Assembly (NCBI GenBank): GCA_039630575.1
Contig: JBCNUW010000006.1
Location: 1 to 64,000 of the forward strand
Reading direction: 5' to 3'
Length of the DNA: 64,000 nucleotides
Source of the DNA: Candidatus Hydrothermales bacterium
GTDB lineage: Bacteria; Hydrothermota; Hydrothermia; Hydrothermales; JAJRUZ01
How positions within the stretch are numbered: position 1 is the first letter of the stretch; every line of letters starts with the position of its first letter. The notes under the pieces are model-generated. The model was not told where the DNA came from and searched no databases. It was given only the letters and a program-made list of their open reading frames with translations. Of this stretch, positions 38,779-49,311 are shown one piece after another. A program made the translations under genes and the position numbers.

Positions 38779-39718
38779 CGAGTGATTGTAAATTGAGAAT
38801 TGTTCCTTTATCAGATATTACTACTTTAACCTTGTCAGAAAGTTTATCAACAAAGAGATAGTTTATGTACAAGGGATTTTTCCTAAGTTCTTCACTAATT
38901 ATTCTTATAGCCTCTGCTTTTCCTCTTGCCTCAATTTTTTTTCTTTCAGCTTCCTTTTTTTCTTTCTCAAGAAGATATTCCATTCTTTCTGCTTCCTGCT
39001 GAGCTATTTGTTTTTCCTCTATTGCTTTTGCAAAATCTGGTGTAAAATGAACATCTCTTAAAAAAACTGCCTCAATAAGAAAACCGTCTTTTTCAAGTCT
39101 TTTTTTCACCTTTTCCTCAATTTCTTTCTGAATTTCTTCTCTTCGAGAGGAATATATTTCTGTAACTGAATAAGAAGATATAGTGTGTCTGACTTCAGAT
39201 CTTATCGCAGGTCTTATAACTTTTTCATTGTAATCAGGTCCAATTTCTTTATGTATCTTTATGACATTGTCTGCTGGTATTCTAAACCAACATGTAAGAT
39301 CAAGACCTATTTGAAGTCCCTCTTTTGTTGGAGACCATAAAGAGTCATCAATATCCTTTTTTTCACCTTCTCCCTTTCGGGCTGTCATTGTGTACTCCTG
39401 TCTTCTTATGTTGTAAAGGTGTGTTTTATATAAAATTCTTGGAACAAACTGTAAGCCCTCTGATTTTAGTCCGTATTTTTTTGTAAATATATTAAAAGTA
39501 ATAAGGGTATAACCGATAGGGACTTGTCTAAAACTTAAAATTATGTAAATAGCGATAAAAAAGGATAAAAAGATTAATATAATAAAAGGTGTTATTTCAA
39601 TCTTTCTTACAGGCAATATTTCACCAGACTTCTCGGTTAGTACAATTTTAAAGGCAAATCTATAAAGTAAGTAAAGAAACAGCCATATAATAATTATTAC
39701 TACAATTAACTCTATCAT
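38768..39718 (-). CDS. SPFH/prohibitin family membrane protein
   Basis: TKEGLQIGLD, IRSEVR, FAKAIEEKQIAQQEAER. Confidence 0.9.
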   Translation of the reverse strand: MIELIVVIIIIWLFLYLLYRFAFKIVLTEKSGEILPVRKIEITPFIILIFLSFFIAIYIILSFRQVPIGYTLITFNIFTKKYGLKSEGLQFVPRILYKTHLYNIRRQEYTMTARKGEGEKKDIDDSLWSPTKEGLQIGLDLTCWFRIPADNVIKIHKEIGPDYNEKVIRPAIRSEVRHTISSYSVTEIYSSRREEIQKEIEEKVKKRLEKDGFLIEAVFLRDVHFTPDFAKAIEEKQIAQQEAERMEYLLEKEKKEAERKKIEARGKAEAIRIISEELRKNPLYINYLFVDKLSDKVKVVISDKGTILNLQSLDEK

Positions 39719-39736
39719 TTTAAGTTATCCCTTTAA

Positions 39737-39765
39737 TTGACATTTTTAACATTTTATATTATAAT
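39737..39765 (+). promoter_or_regulatory. Perfect consensus sigma70 promoter for pilMNOP-glmS
   Basis: TTGACA-17-TATAAT. Confidence 0.85.
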
Positions 39766-39813
39766 GAAAATAGCAAATGAAAGTTCAATTCTTTTTAATA
39801 AAAAAATTAATTA

Positions 39814-40854
39814 ATGATAGGTAAAAAGAAAGGCCTGTTGGGCATTGATATAGGCTCTTCAAGTATTAAAATATCACTTTTAGAAGGATCTGGTGAAAAC
39901 GTAAAAGTTAAAGAGATATGGAAAACAGAGTTACCTGAGGAAGCTATAGCAGAAGGAGAGATAATTGAAAGAGATGCTGTTATAGATGTTTTGCAAAGAT
40001 TTATTCAAGAAAAAAAACCATCTGTTAAAAATGTAGCTACTTTTATACCTAATCCAAGAGTTATAAGTATCAAGAGGATAAAGATGGATAAACTTCCTCC
40101 AGAGGAGTTAAAGGAACAGATAAAGTGGCAAGCTGAACAGTATTTCGGTGTTGACCCAACTGAAATATCAGTTGACGGAGATATCGTTAATCCTGATGTA
40201 AGCGAGACAGAGGTCGAAGTTCTTCTTGTAGCAGCCAGAAATGAAGCTATCACAGACTATATACATTTAATTAAATCAGCAGGTTTTGTTCCTAAGATTA
40301 TTGATGTTAAAATATTATCCTTATATAATCTTTTTGAATTTAATTATCCTGAGATTGCTAAAAATGACAGTTTAAAGGGAATTTTACATATAGGTAAAAA
40401 CTTTGCCACAATTTTTTATTTTACAGATAGTGGTCCTTACTTGATCAGGGATATAAGAGCAAATTTAAAAAGCCTTATTAATTTAATGCAAGAAAGGCTT
40501 GACCTATCCTACTCTGATAGCTTACTCATCATAAAGGGAGAAAAGGATGTTCCCTCATCCTTTATCTATGAAGTTTACAGAGATTATATTTCCTCAATAT
40601 CTGAAGAAATAAGGAGAACTTTTCCTTATTTAGAGAAAAAAGAATATCCTGATTTTATTTATGTTTCTGGAGGAGGAACTCTTATCCAAGACTTTACAAC
40701 AAATTTATCAGAATCTCTTGGAGTTAAGGTCGAAAGATTAAATCCCTTTGAAAGAATTGATCTACCTGAATTATTTCTTGAATTTGGTCCTAAAGAAGTC
40801 ATAGGAGCATTATTTGCTCCTTCTTTGGGATTATCTTTAAGGGGGCTATTATGA
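39814..40854 (+). CDS. pilM: Type IV pilus assembly protein PilM
   Basis: GIDIGSSSIK, VLLVAAR, VSGGG, LNPF, SLGLSLR. Confidence 0.93.
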   Translation: MIGKKKGLLGIDIGSSSIKISLLEGSGENVKVKEIWKTELPEEAIAEGEIIERDAVIDVLQRFIQEKKPSVKNVATFIPNPRVISIKRIKMDKLPPEELKEQIKWQAEQYFGVDPTEISVDGDIVNPDVSETEVEVLLVAARNEAITDYIHLIKSAGFVPKIIDVKILSLYNLFEFNYPEIAKNDSLKGILHIGKNFATIFYFTDSGPYLIRDIRANLKSLINLMQERLDLSYSDSLLIIKGEKDVPSSFIYEVYRDYISSISEEIRRTFPYLEKKEYPDFIYVSGGGTLIQDFTTNLSESLGVKVERLNPFERIDLPELFLEFGPKEVIGALFAPSLGLSLRGLL

Positions 40855-41441
40855 TAAAAATTAACTTATTACCACCTGAGGAAAAAATAGAAAAAAGATT
40901 TAGGATTACTTTGCCGCCTATTGGCATTTATGAAATTGCTGGAATACTTATTCTTTCTTTTTCTGTAATCTGGATCTTCATTAATTTTTCCGCCTCCAAG
41001 GCAAAAATTGCTATGTTAAGGGCACAGATAAAAAGAGATAGTACTGAGCTTTACGCACTGAGAGAAGTTCAGGAGAAAGTAAAGGAGCTTGAGATGAAAA
41101 AGAGTGATTTTGAGAATAAGGTAAATATTGCAAAGAGGTTACTCTCAAGCATCAATACAGAAGTAATGATTCTTGATGAGTTCTCTAAGGCTCTTCCAGA
41201 TTTTGTATGGATTACTTCTTTTCAACACACAGGAAGTATAATTAGAATTGAGGGTGGATCTTTTTCAAATTTATTTATTGCAGATTTTATTCAGAATTTA
41301 AAGTCTTCACCTCTTTTCGGTGAGGAAATAATACTTGAAAGGATAGATGTTAAAAAAGAAACTGAAACTGAGTATTTAACATTCACACTTCAGGTACCTG
41401 TCACAGGTTATTTTGGAATTTTTAGTGAAGGAGGAAAATAA
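40851..41441 (+). CDS. pilN: Type IV pilus assembly protein PilN
   Basis: MIKINLLP, one TM, coiled coil, LPDFVWITS. Confidence 0.92.
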   Translation: MIKINLLPPEEKIEKRFRITLPPIGIYEIAGILILSFSVIWIFINFSASKAKIAMLRAQIKRDSTELYALREVQEKVKELEMKKSDFENKVNIAKRLLSSINTEVMILDEFSKALPDFVWITSFQHTGSIIRIEGGSFSNLFIADFIQNLKSSPLFGEEIILERIDVKKETETEYLTFTLQVPVTGYFGIFSEGGK

Positions 41442-42038
41442 ATGGATAAAAAATTAAAGTTTTTTTTAATCACAGCTTCTGTTGGAGTTGTTTTATTTTT
41501 AGTTTATTACTTTTTGATCCATACTAAAGATAAGGAGTATATTAAAAATCTTGAAACAAGACACAGTGAAATTTCAAAGGATTTAACAGCAGCAAGAATG
41601 GCAGCTGCGAGACTTCCTCAGCTTGAAATAGAGATTAAAAAACTTCAGTATCTTTGGGAAAAGGCATTGAAACTTTTGCCCCCAGAAGAAAAACCTGAAG
41701 AAGTAATTACACTACTTCAACAAAGGGGAACACAAAATAATGTTAAAATTATCAAGCTAACTAGAAACCCACCTGTTCCAATGGGAGAGTATACTGAACT
41801 TCCCTACTCACTTGAAGTAAGTGCAAATTTTCATGATCTCATTAAGTTTATCTCTGAACTTTCTACTCTTTCAAGGCTTGTAACAGTTGAAGGGATCACA
41901 ATAAATCAATCAACTGATAAAGAAAAAACCTGTGGAGCTTCTTTTGTTGCTAAGTTTTATAGTGTAGGAACTTTGCCAGGTGTGTTAGGGACAACAAAGG
42001 AACCTAAGCCTGTAAGAGCAAAAGGAGCAATAAGATGA
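41442..42038 (+). CDS. pilO: Type IV pilus assembly protein PilO
   Basis: TM, coiled coil, LLP, YTELP, FHDLIKFI..LSRLVTV. Confidence 0.9.
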   Translation: MDKKLKFFLITASVGVVLFLVYYFLIHTKDKEYIKNLETRHSEISKDLTAARMAAARLPQLEIEIKKLQYLWEKALKLLPPEEKPEEVITLLQQRGTQNNVKIIKLTRNPPVPMGEYTELPYSLEVSANFHDLIKFISELSTLSRLVTVEGITINQSTDKEKTCGASFVAKFYSVGTLPGVLGTTKEPKPVRAKGAIR

Positions 42039-42511
42039 AGGATTTGATCAAATTATTTTTAACAATTTTTTTTATAGGCTTAATCTTAAGCTGTAAAAGG
42101 GAAGAAAGAAAAATAGAAACTCCCGAAGAGACTCCTAAACCTGGTTTTATTCTTGGTCAGGAAATTGATACTGTTAAGTTAAAAGAAGAGTTCTTACCAA
42201 AAGGCTATAACTATGATCCTACTGGAAGAAGGGACCCCTTTCTGTCTCTTATAGGTAAAGGTTATAAAAGAGGGGAGGAAGAAGTTATTGATCTTTCTAA
42301 TTTAAAATTGGTTGGAATAATGAGAGGACCAAAAGGAAATGTTGCCCTTTTCGAAGCTCCTGATGGAAGAAGTTATACAATAAGACAGGGAGATGCTGTT
42401 AGAAATGGTTATGTAAAAGATATCGGTGATAAGGAAGTCATAGTAGAAATAACTGCCTATGGAGTTCCGATTACAGTTAAGTATGAGTTAAAAAGGGAGA
42501 AAATTGATTAA
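42035..42511 (+). CDS. pilP: Type IV pilus lipoprotein PilP
   Basis: Lipobox ILSC, YDPTGRRDPF, LKLVGI. Confidence 0.85.
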   Translation: MKDLIKLFLTIFFIGLILSCKREERKIETPEETPKPGFILGQEIDTVKLKEEFLPKGYNYDPTGRRDPFLSLIGKGYKRGEEEVIDLSNLKLVGIMRGPKGNVALFEAPDGRSYTIRQGDAVRNGYVKDIGDKEVIVEITAYGVPITVKYELKREKID

Positions 42512-44331
42512 TGTGTGGCATTGTTGGTTATGTAGGTAATAAAGATATTAACAGTGTAATTTTAGTCGGCTTAGAGAAGTTAGAATATAGGGGTTATGAT
42601 TCTGCTGGTTTTGCAAGTGTACTGGAAGGAAAACTTTTTGTCAGAAAAAAGGTAGGTAGAATAAATGAACTTTCAAAGCTTTTAAATGGTGTTCCTATAC
42701 CATCTAAAATAGGAATTGGACATACAAGATGGGCAACACATGGAAAACCAACTGAAGAGAATGCCCATCCTCATGTTGACTGTAAGAAAATTTTTGCAGT
42801 TGTACATAATGGTATTATAGAAAATTTTAGAGATTTAAAAAGAAAACTTGAAAAAAAACATAAATTTTTTTCAAACACTGATACAGAAGTTATACCACAT
42901 TTACTTGAAGAATATTACAAAGGAGATTTTTTTGAGAGTGTGTTAAAAACAGTGAACAAACTGGAGGGTTCCTTCGCATTAGCTATCATAAATGTATTTC
43001 ATCCAAATATTTTGATTGGTGTAAAAAGAGGATCTCCTTTAATTGTTGGTGTAGGTAAAAATGAAAATATAATTGCCTCTGATATACCTGCTATTTTATC
43101 TCATACAAGAAAAGTAATAAGCATGGATGATAATGAAATAGCTGTTTTAAGTGAAAAAACAGTCGAGTTTTACGATTTTACTGGAAAGAGAAAAAAGAGG
43201 AAATATGTTCTTGTAGAGTGGGAAGAGGATATGGTTGAGAAAAGGGGATATCCTCACTTTATGCTGAAGGAGATCCATGAACAGCCAAGAATTATTGAGG
43301 ATAATCTTATGAGAGTTTTGGATGAAAATGAAAGAATTAAAGTTTTACAGAGTGAAGCCAAAGATATACTTTCGAAAGCAGAACATGTTATAATTCAGGC
43401 AGCAGGGACAAGTTTTCACGCAGGACTTTATGGAAAAAGTCTTTTTCAAAAGTTTTTAAAAACTTTCACTGAGTGTGAACTTTCATCGGAATTTAGATAT
43501 AGGGAGCCGATTTCAGGTAGAAAAACAGTCTGTATAGGTATTTCTCAATCAGGTGAAACAGCTGATACCCTTGCTGGTATAAGAAAAGCAAAAGAACTTG
43601 GAATACCAATTATTTCACTTGTAAATGTGAAAAATAGCACTATTGATAGGGAGTCCGATTATACAGTTTACTTAAACGCAGGCCCTGAAATTGGTGTTGC
43701 TTCAACAAAGGCTTACACATCCCAACTTTTCCATTTACTTTTAATTTCAATTGAAGTTGGAATTTTGAAAGGGTTTTTAACTGAAAAAGAGTCTAAAGAA
43801 ATAATTGATAATTTGAAAAAGATACCTGACAAAATGAGATTTGTTCTGGGTAGAGAGGAAGAAATTTCGCAAATTGCAAAAAAATATTATAATGTTAAAA
43901 ATATGATGTTTCTTGGTAGAGGTTTACTTTATCCTACAGCTCTTGAGGGTGCTTTAAAGTTAAAAGAAATTTCCTATATACATGCAACTGGTTATGCAGC
44001 AGGTGAAATGAAGCATGGTCCAATTGCTCTTTTAGATAGAGAATTCCCTGTTATCGCAATTGCTCCTAAAAATGAACTTTATGAAAAAATGGTTTCAAAT
44101 ATTGAAGAAGTTAAAGCAAGAGAGGCACCTGTTATCTCTGTTGGAACAATAGGTGATAATTACCTTAAGGAATTATCAGAAGATTTTGTACCTATACCTG
44201 ATGCAATTTATCTTTTGCAACCCCTTATTTCAATCATACCTTTGCAACTTTTTGCTTATCACGTTGCCCTTTTGCGTGGTTGTGACGTGGATAAACCAAG
44301 AAATCTTGCAAAGAGCGTAACTGTTGAGTAA
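42511..44331 (+). CDS. glmS: Glutamine--fructose-6-phosphate transaminase
   Basis: MCGIVG, GHTRWATHG, SQSGETAD, PRNLAKSVTVE. Confidence 0.98.
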   Translation: MCGIVGYVGNKDINSVILVGLEKLEYRGYDSAGFASVLEGKLFVRKKVGRINELSKLLNGVPIPSKIGIGHTRWATHGKPTEENAHPHVDCKKIFAVVHNGIIENFRDLKRKLEKKHKFFSNTDTEVIPHLLEEYYKGDFFESVLKTVNKLEGSFALAIINVFHPNILIGVKRGSPLIVGVGKNENIIASDIPAILSHTRKVISMDDNEIAVLSEKTVEFYDFTGKRKKRKYVLVEWEEDMVEKRGYPHFMLKEIHEQPRIIEDNLMRVLDENERIKVLQSEAKDILSKAEHVIIQAAGTSFHAGLYGKSLFQKFLKTFTECELSSEFRYREPISGRKTVCIGISQSGETADTLAGIRKAKELGIPIISLVNVKNSTIDRESDYTVYLNAGPEIGVASTKAYTSQLFHLLLISIEVGILKGFLTEKESKEIIDNLKKIPDKMRFVLGREEEISQIAKKYYNVKNMMFLGRGLLYPTALEGALKLKEISYIHATGYAAGEMKHGPIALLDREFPVIAIAPKNELYEKMVSNIEEVKAREAPVISVGTIGDNYLKELSEDFVPIPDAIYLLQPLISIIPLQLFAYHVALLRGCDVDKPRNLAKSVTVE

Positions 44332-44334
44332 TTT

Positions 44335-45501
44335 TTGAAATCCTTAAGTTTATTTCTACCGATAAGATACTTCTTTGGCAAAGGTATTTTTGAAGAAAAA
44401 CTTAAAGAAATAATTCCTATTTTAGGCGAAAACATTTTACTTGTTACAGGAAAAAATTTTGCAAGGAAATACGGTTATTTAGATAAGATTGAAAGCATAT
44501 TTAAAGAACTAAAAATAAATTTTATTCATTTTGACGGAATATCCCAAAACCCCAAAACCTTTGAAATAGAAGATGCAGTAAAGATAGCAAGATCAGAAAA
44601 AGTAAATAGTATTCTTGGTTTCGGTGGTGGTAGTGTGATGGATGCAGTGAAGGCAATTTCACTTCTTGTTAAAAATGAAGGAAGAATTTGGGATTATACT
44701 ATGATGCAAAAAAGTCCAAAAAATGAGGCTCTAAATTTCTGTTTAGTCCCTACAACCTTTGCAACTGGTTCTGAATTGAATTCTACTTCAATTATATCAA
44801 ATCAAGAGGAAAAGAGAAAATGGGGCATATTTGATGAGAAAATATTTCCAAAGTTTTCTATTGTAGATCCTTTAATTTCTCTTTCTCTTGATAAAGAGTA
44901 TCTTTCTCTGTGTTCAATTGACATAATTACCCATATGCTTGAACCTTTTGTTACTTCTAAAGAAGAGGGTGAAGTAATAAAGGGTGTTGCGAAGTTTTAT
45001 ATAAAAAAAACGATTGAATCAATAAAGATATTAATAAAGGATCCACAAAATATAAGTGCAAGAGAAAATTTACATCTTCTATCTGGATTTTCGTTAATAG
45101 GTATAGCTACAAGAGGTATTGGTGGTTTTCACGAAATGCATTGGCTTGAACACATTGTCTCAGGATTTTATGATAATGTTCCTCATCCAGCAGGTTTATC
45201 AATCCTTTTGGTACCTTGGATAAAATATAGGTGGAACAAAAATACTTCTAATTTAAAAGAACTTTTCTCATTTTTAATGGAAAAAGATGAAGTTGATTTG
45301 AATGATATTTTGTCATATCTTGATGATTTTTATAACGAGATAAATTTACCAAGAAGTTTCAAAAAATACGGTATAAAAGAGGTTGATATTGAAGATTTTG
45401 TGAGGGAATATAATTTTCTAACAGAAAATTTTAAAAGATTTTTTCCTGAAAAAATAAAGGAGAAGGATCTTTTTAATATTTTTAAAGAAGCTTTGCTTTG
45501 A
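44335..45501 (+). CDS. Iron-containing alcohol dehydrogenase (butanol dehydrogenase-like)
   Basis: GGGSVMD, PTTFATGSE, D...H, HWLEH, H; TTG start. Confidence 0.9.
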   Translation: MKSLSLFLPIRYFFGKGIFEEKLKEIIPILGENILLVTGKNFARKYGYLDKIESIFKELKINFIHFDGISQNPKTFEIEDAVKIARSEKVNSILGFGGGSVMDAVKAISLLVKNEGRIWDYTMMQKSPKNEALNFCLVPTTFATGSELNSTSIISNQEEKRKWGIFDEKIFPKFSIVDPLISLSLDKEYLSLCSIDIITHMLEPFVTSKEEGEVIKGVAKFYIKKTIESIKILIKDPQNISARENLHLLSGFSLIGIATRGIGGFHEMHWLEHIVSGFYDNVPHPAGLSILLVPWIKYRWNKNTSNLKELFSFLMEKDEVDLNDILSYLDDFYNEINLPRSFKKYGIKEVDIEDFVREYNFLTENFKRFFPEKIKEKDLFNIFKEALL

Positions 45502-46358
45502 TAGAAAGTTTAAAAAGACATGTTGAGGTTTTATCCTTGGATATTGGAAAGCGTAATGTTTTTAATTATAAAAACTATTTAAAGTCTAAAGAATATATCT
45601 TAGAAAATTTAAAGAATTTAAATTATGAAATAAGAGAAGTAGAGTATAAGTCCTATGGACATGATGTTTCTATAATTGAAGTGGGGAAAGTTTTTGGCTC
45701 TTCAGAGATTTTTATAATAGGAGCTCATTATGACAGTTTCTATGATTCACCAGGAGCAGATGACAATGCAAGTAGTGTTTCTCTTTTGATTGAAATTGCT
45801 AAATCTTTCTCTCAAATAAATTTTAAAAGAGATATAAGATTTCTCTTTTTCCCAAATGAAGAGCCGCCATTTTTTAATTCAAAAGAGATGGGTTCAGAGG
45901 TTTATGTAAAAGAACTAAATAAAAGGAAAGAAAAAGTTGAACTTATGATTTCTCTTGAATCTGTTGGTTATTATAAAGAGGAAAAAAAATCTCAAAGTTA
46001 TCCTTTTCCTTTAAATTTTTTTTATCCCGATACAGCAAATTTTATCGGAATTGTAAGTAACATAAGATCAAGATTTTATATGAAAAAAGTTTATGAAATT
46101 TTTAAAAGTAATACTATGATTCAAGTAAAGTATTTATCTTTCCCCCCTATTATTCCAGAAATGAACTTTTCTGATCACTTTCCATTTTGGAAAAGAGGGA
46201 TAAAGGCACTTTTAATAACTGATACTGCTTTTTTAAGGAATCCAAACTATCACACAAGGTTCGATTTACCTGATACATTAGATTATAAAAAGCTATATGA
46301 AGTTTATAGAGGTATTTTTAGTTTTATTGAATTTTTAAACAGTTCTTTTAATTTTTAA
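45498..46358 (+). CDS. Peptidase M28 family
   Basis: GAHYDS, PGADDNAS, NEEPP, SDH, YHT..D. Confidence 0.9.
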   Translation: MIESLKRHVEVLSLDIGKRNVFNYKNYLKSKEYILENLKNLNYEIREVEYKSYGHDVSIIEVGKVFGSSEIFIIGAHYDSFYDSPGADDNASSVSLLIEIAKSFSQINFKRDIRFLFFPNEEPPFFNSKEMGSEVYVKELNKRKEKVELMISLESVGYYKEEKKSQSYPFPLNFFYPDTANFIGIVSNIRSRFYMKKVYEIFKSNTMIQVKYLSFPPIIPEMNFSDHFPFWKRGIKALLITDTAFLRNPNYHTRFDLPDTLDYKKLYEVYRGIFSFIEFLNSSFNF

Positions 46359-48041
46359 AAGACTTAAAAGTTTTTTAGGTTCCAAAGTATTTATTACATC
46401 TTCTCTTGTTAAATAACCTCTCCTTGCTGTTCCAACACCAAGTTCAAGCATCCACATTTGGTTAAAATGGTGAGCATCTGTTCCTATTACAAATTTTAAT
46501 CCAAATTTTTTTGCCTTTTTAATTAAGGGTGGTGAAAGATCTAATCTCTCATAATAGGAGTTTATTTCCATCCAAATCTCTTTTTCTTTGGCTTTTTTAA
46601 AGACTAAATCCCAGTTTGCTTCATAAGGTTCTCGTGAGCCTATTAGTCTTCCTGTTGGATGGGAAAAGGCATGTACAAATGGATTTTCAAATGCTTTAAT
46701 TATTCTATCTGTGTTATCTTTTCTAAAACCCGTATGTATGGACACAACTACATAATCAATTTCTTTAAGTATTTCGTCAGGATAGTCTAGTTTACCGTCA
46801 GGTAAGATATCCACCTCTGCACCGAATAATATATAAGGTAAATCGCCCTTTTCGTTAATTTTTTTTATTTCTTCCTTTTTCTTTAAGAGTCTTTCTATTG
46901 ATAATCCCTTTGCGTATTTGGCAGATTGTGAGTGATCACAGATGGCGACAATTTTGTATCCTCTTTTTTTTCCCTCTTCTTTTATTTCTAAAATTGAACT
47001 TTGTCCATCAGAATAGTCAGAATGAACATGCATATCACCCAATATATCTTCTCTTTTTACAAGTTCTGGAATTTTACCTTCCAGTGCAAGTTCTATCTCA
47101 CCTTCATCTTCTCTTATTTCAGGAGGAATCCATTGCATATTAAGAATTCCATAGACTTCTTCTTCTGTTCTACCTGCTACAAATTTTTCATCTTTAAAAA
47201 CTCCATATTCGCTAATTTTAAGCCCCGTCTCTTTTGCTATTTTTCTTAAGTGTATGTTGTGTTGTTTTGATCCTGTAAAATATTGCATAGCTGCACCCAT
47301 AGATTCTACAGGTATTACCCTAATGTCAACCTGAAGACCATTTTTTAAGACAAAGGAAGATTTTGTTGGACCACAGGCAAGTACTTTTTCTATTTTTGGA
47401 AATTGAGTTGAATATTCTGTTAAGTTACTTTCAACTTTTGTAGTTACCAAAATATCTACGTCTCCTACGGTTTCTTTAAATCTTCTGAAAGATCCAGCAG
47501 CAATAACTTTTTCTGTATCTTTATGTTCCTTTAAAAATTCAATCAGATGAGATACTATTGGGTAGACTTCTCCTAACAGGTATCTTTCTTTACTTTTTAA
47601 AAAAAGTTCTATTCCTTTTTTGATGTTTTCAACTTTCTTTTCTCCCATTCCAAAAAGAGTTAATATTCTTTTATTTTCAAGAGCGGCTTTTAAGGATTCA
47701 AGATCCCTAACTCCAAATTCTTTATGAAGTAGAAAAAGAGTTTTTGGTCCTAAATTGGGTATCTGCATAAGGTCTAAGATTCCCTCTGGTATTTTAGAAA
47801 ATATCTCTTCTGCTTTTTCTATTCTTCCTGTTTCAAGGAATTCTTTTATTTTTTTAGCTATTCCCTCACCAATTCCAGGTAAAGATTGAAGATCATCAAT
47901 TTCTGAAATATCTCTATCGAGGTTTTCAAGTGTTTTTGCAACTTTCCTATAGGCTGAGACTTTAAAGGGTATTTCCCCTAAATACTCAAGAGCATCGGCC
48001 ATTTTGTTAAAAATTTTAGCTAACTTCTCGTTATTTTCCAT
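46335..48041 (-). CDS. polX: DNA polymerase X with PHP exonuclease domain
   Basis: AYRK, LPGIG, GSFRR, GDVDIL, YFTGSK, HVHSDYSDG, TDAH. Confidence 0.96.
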   Translation of the reverse strand: MENNEKLAKIFNKMADALEYLGEIPFKVSAYRKVAKTLENLDRDISEIDDLQSLPGIGEGIAKKIKEFLETGRIEKAEEIFSKIPEGILDLMQIPNLGPKTLFLLHKEFGVRDLESLKAALENKRILTLFGMGEKKVENIKKGIELFLKSKERYLLGEVYPIVSHLIEFLKEHKDTEKVIAAGSFRRFKETVGDVDILVTTKVESNLTEYSTQFPKIEKVLACGPTKSSFVLKNGLQVDIRVIPVESMGAAMQYFTGSKQHNIHLRKIAKETGLKISEYGVFKDEKFVAGRTEEEVYGILNMQWIPPEIREDEGEIELALEGKIPELVKREDILGDMHVHSDYSDGQSSILEIKEEGKKRGYKIVAICDHSQSAKYAKGLSIERLLKKKEEIKKINEKGDLPYILFGAEVDILPDGKLDYPDEILKEIDYVVVSIHTGFRKDNTDRIIKAFENPFVHAFSHPTGRLIGSREPYEANWDLVFKKAKEKEIWMEINSYYERLDLSPPLIKKAKKFGLKFVIGTDAHHFNQMWMLELGVGTARRGYLTREDVINTLEPKKLLSLLKIKRTV

Positions 48042-49311
48042 TTTTTTTAGTTATTTTTTTTAGTCTTCTATATATTGTTGAAGGATGAATCCCGAGTTTC
48101 CGTGCCGCTTTTTTTACATTTCCATCAAACTCTTTTAGAACTTCAAGTATTAACTTTTCCTCAAGTTCCTTTAAATTTTTTGCTGTTATAGATTCTTCAA
48201 CTATTTCAAAAGGTAAGTGTTCCTTTTTAATAACTGTTCCCTCGCATATAGCGCAGGCTCTTTCAATAACATTTTCAAGTTCTCTTATGTTTCCCTTCCA
48301 ATTGTAATCTAAAAGTATTTCAACAACTTCTTCTTGAACTGTAAAATCCTTTTTTAATTTTTTTGATATTCTTTTTATAAAATATTCAATTAAGGCAGGA
48401 ATATCTTTTTTTCTCTCTCTTAAAGGGGGTATATAAATTGGAAAAGCTGAGATTCTATAATAAAGATCCTCCCTTAGTCTACCCTCCTTTAAAGTTTCCT
48501 TTGGATCTCTATTTGTTGCACTTATTATTCTTATATCTATTTTTTTGGTCTCAACTGATCCTAAGGGTATTATTTCTTTGTTCTCTATGACTCTCAAAAG
48601 TTTAGTTTGAAGATTAGAAGGCATTTCAGAAATTTCGTCGAGGAAAATTGTTCCTCCATCAGCTACCTCAAGTAGTCCCTTTTTGTCTTTAAAGGCACCT
48701 GTAAAAGCTCCCTTTTTATATCCAAAAAGTTCTGACTCAAGGAGTTCAGATGGTAAAGCAGCACAGTTAACAGCTATAAAACTTCTTTCTTTTCTCTTAG
48801 AATTTTTGTGAATAAATTTTGCTAAAACTTCTTTCCCAACCCCTGTTTCACCGTATATAAATATAGGTAAATCAGATTTTGCAGACTTTAAGGCAATTTT
48901 TTTTACCTCTAACATTTTTTCATCAACAGCAATAAATTCTTCATATTCTTCTAACTCTGGTAAGTGCTTTTCAACCCTATAAATTAGTTCTTCTTCTGAA
49001 AAAGGCTTTATAAGGTAATCAGAAACACCCTTTCTAAAGGCAGATATTGCTGATTCTATTGATGCGTAAGCTGTGATCATTATAACAGGTAGAGTGAAGT
49101 TTATTTTCTTAACCTCTTCAAGTAATTCAAGACCAGATATTCCTGGCATTTTTATATCGGTTATAACTAAGTCAATTCTTTCTTTCTTTATAAGGTCTAA
49201 GGCAAGCAGAGGATCCTGATAAGTTAGAACTTCATATTTATCTTCAAGTGCTATTTTCATCCAATCTAAAATTGATTTTTCATCGTCGACAATAAGAATT
49301 TTTCTTTTCAA
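48031..49311 (-). CDS. Sigma54-dependent response regulator, PilR-like
   Basis: REC domain, GETGVGKE, GAFTGA, Fis-type HTH; pilC-pilS-pilR synteny. Confidence 0.92.
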   Translation of the reverse strand: MKRKILIVDDEKSILDWMKIALEDKYEVLTYQDPLLALDLIKKERIDLVITDIKMPGISGLELLEEVKKINFTLPVIMITAYASIESAISAFRKGVSDYLIKPFSEEELIYRVEKHLPELEEYEEFIAVDEKMLEVKKIALKSAKSDLPIFIYGETGVGKEVLAKFIHKNSKRKERSFIAVNCAALPSELLESELFGYKKGAFTGAFKDKKGLLEVADGGTIFLDEISEMPSNLQTKLLRVIENKEIIPLGSVETKKIDIRIISATNRDPKETLKEGRLREDLYYRISAFPIYIPPLRERKKDIPALIEYFIKRISKKLKKDFTVQEEVVEILLDYNWKGNIRELENVIERACAICEGTVIKKEHLPFEIVEESITAKNLKELEEKLILEVLKEFDGNVKKAARKLGIHPSTIYRRLKKITKKNGK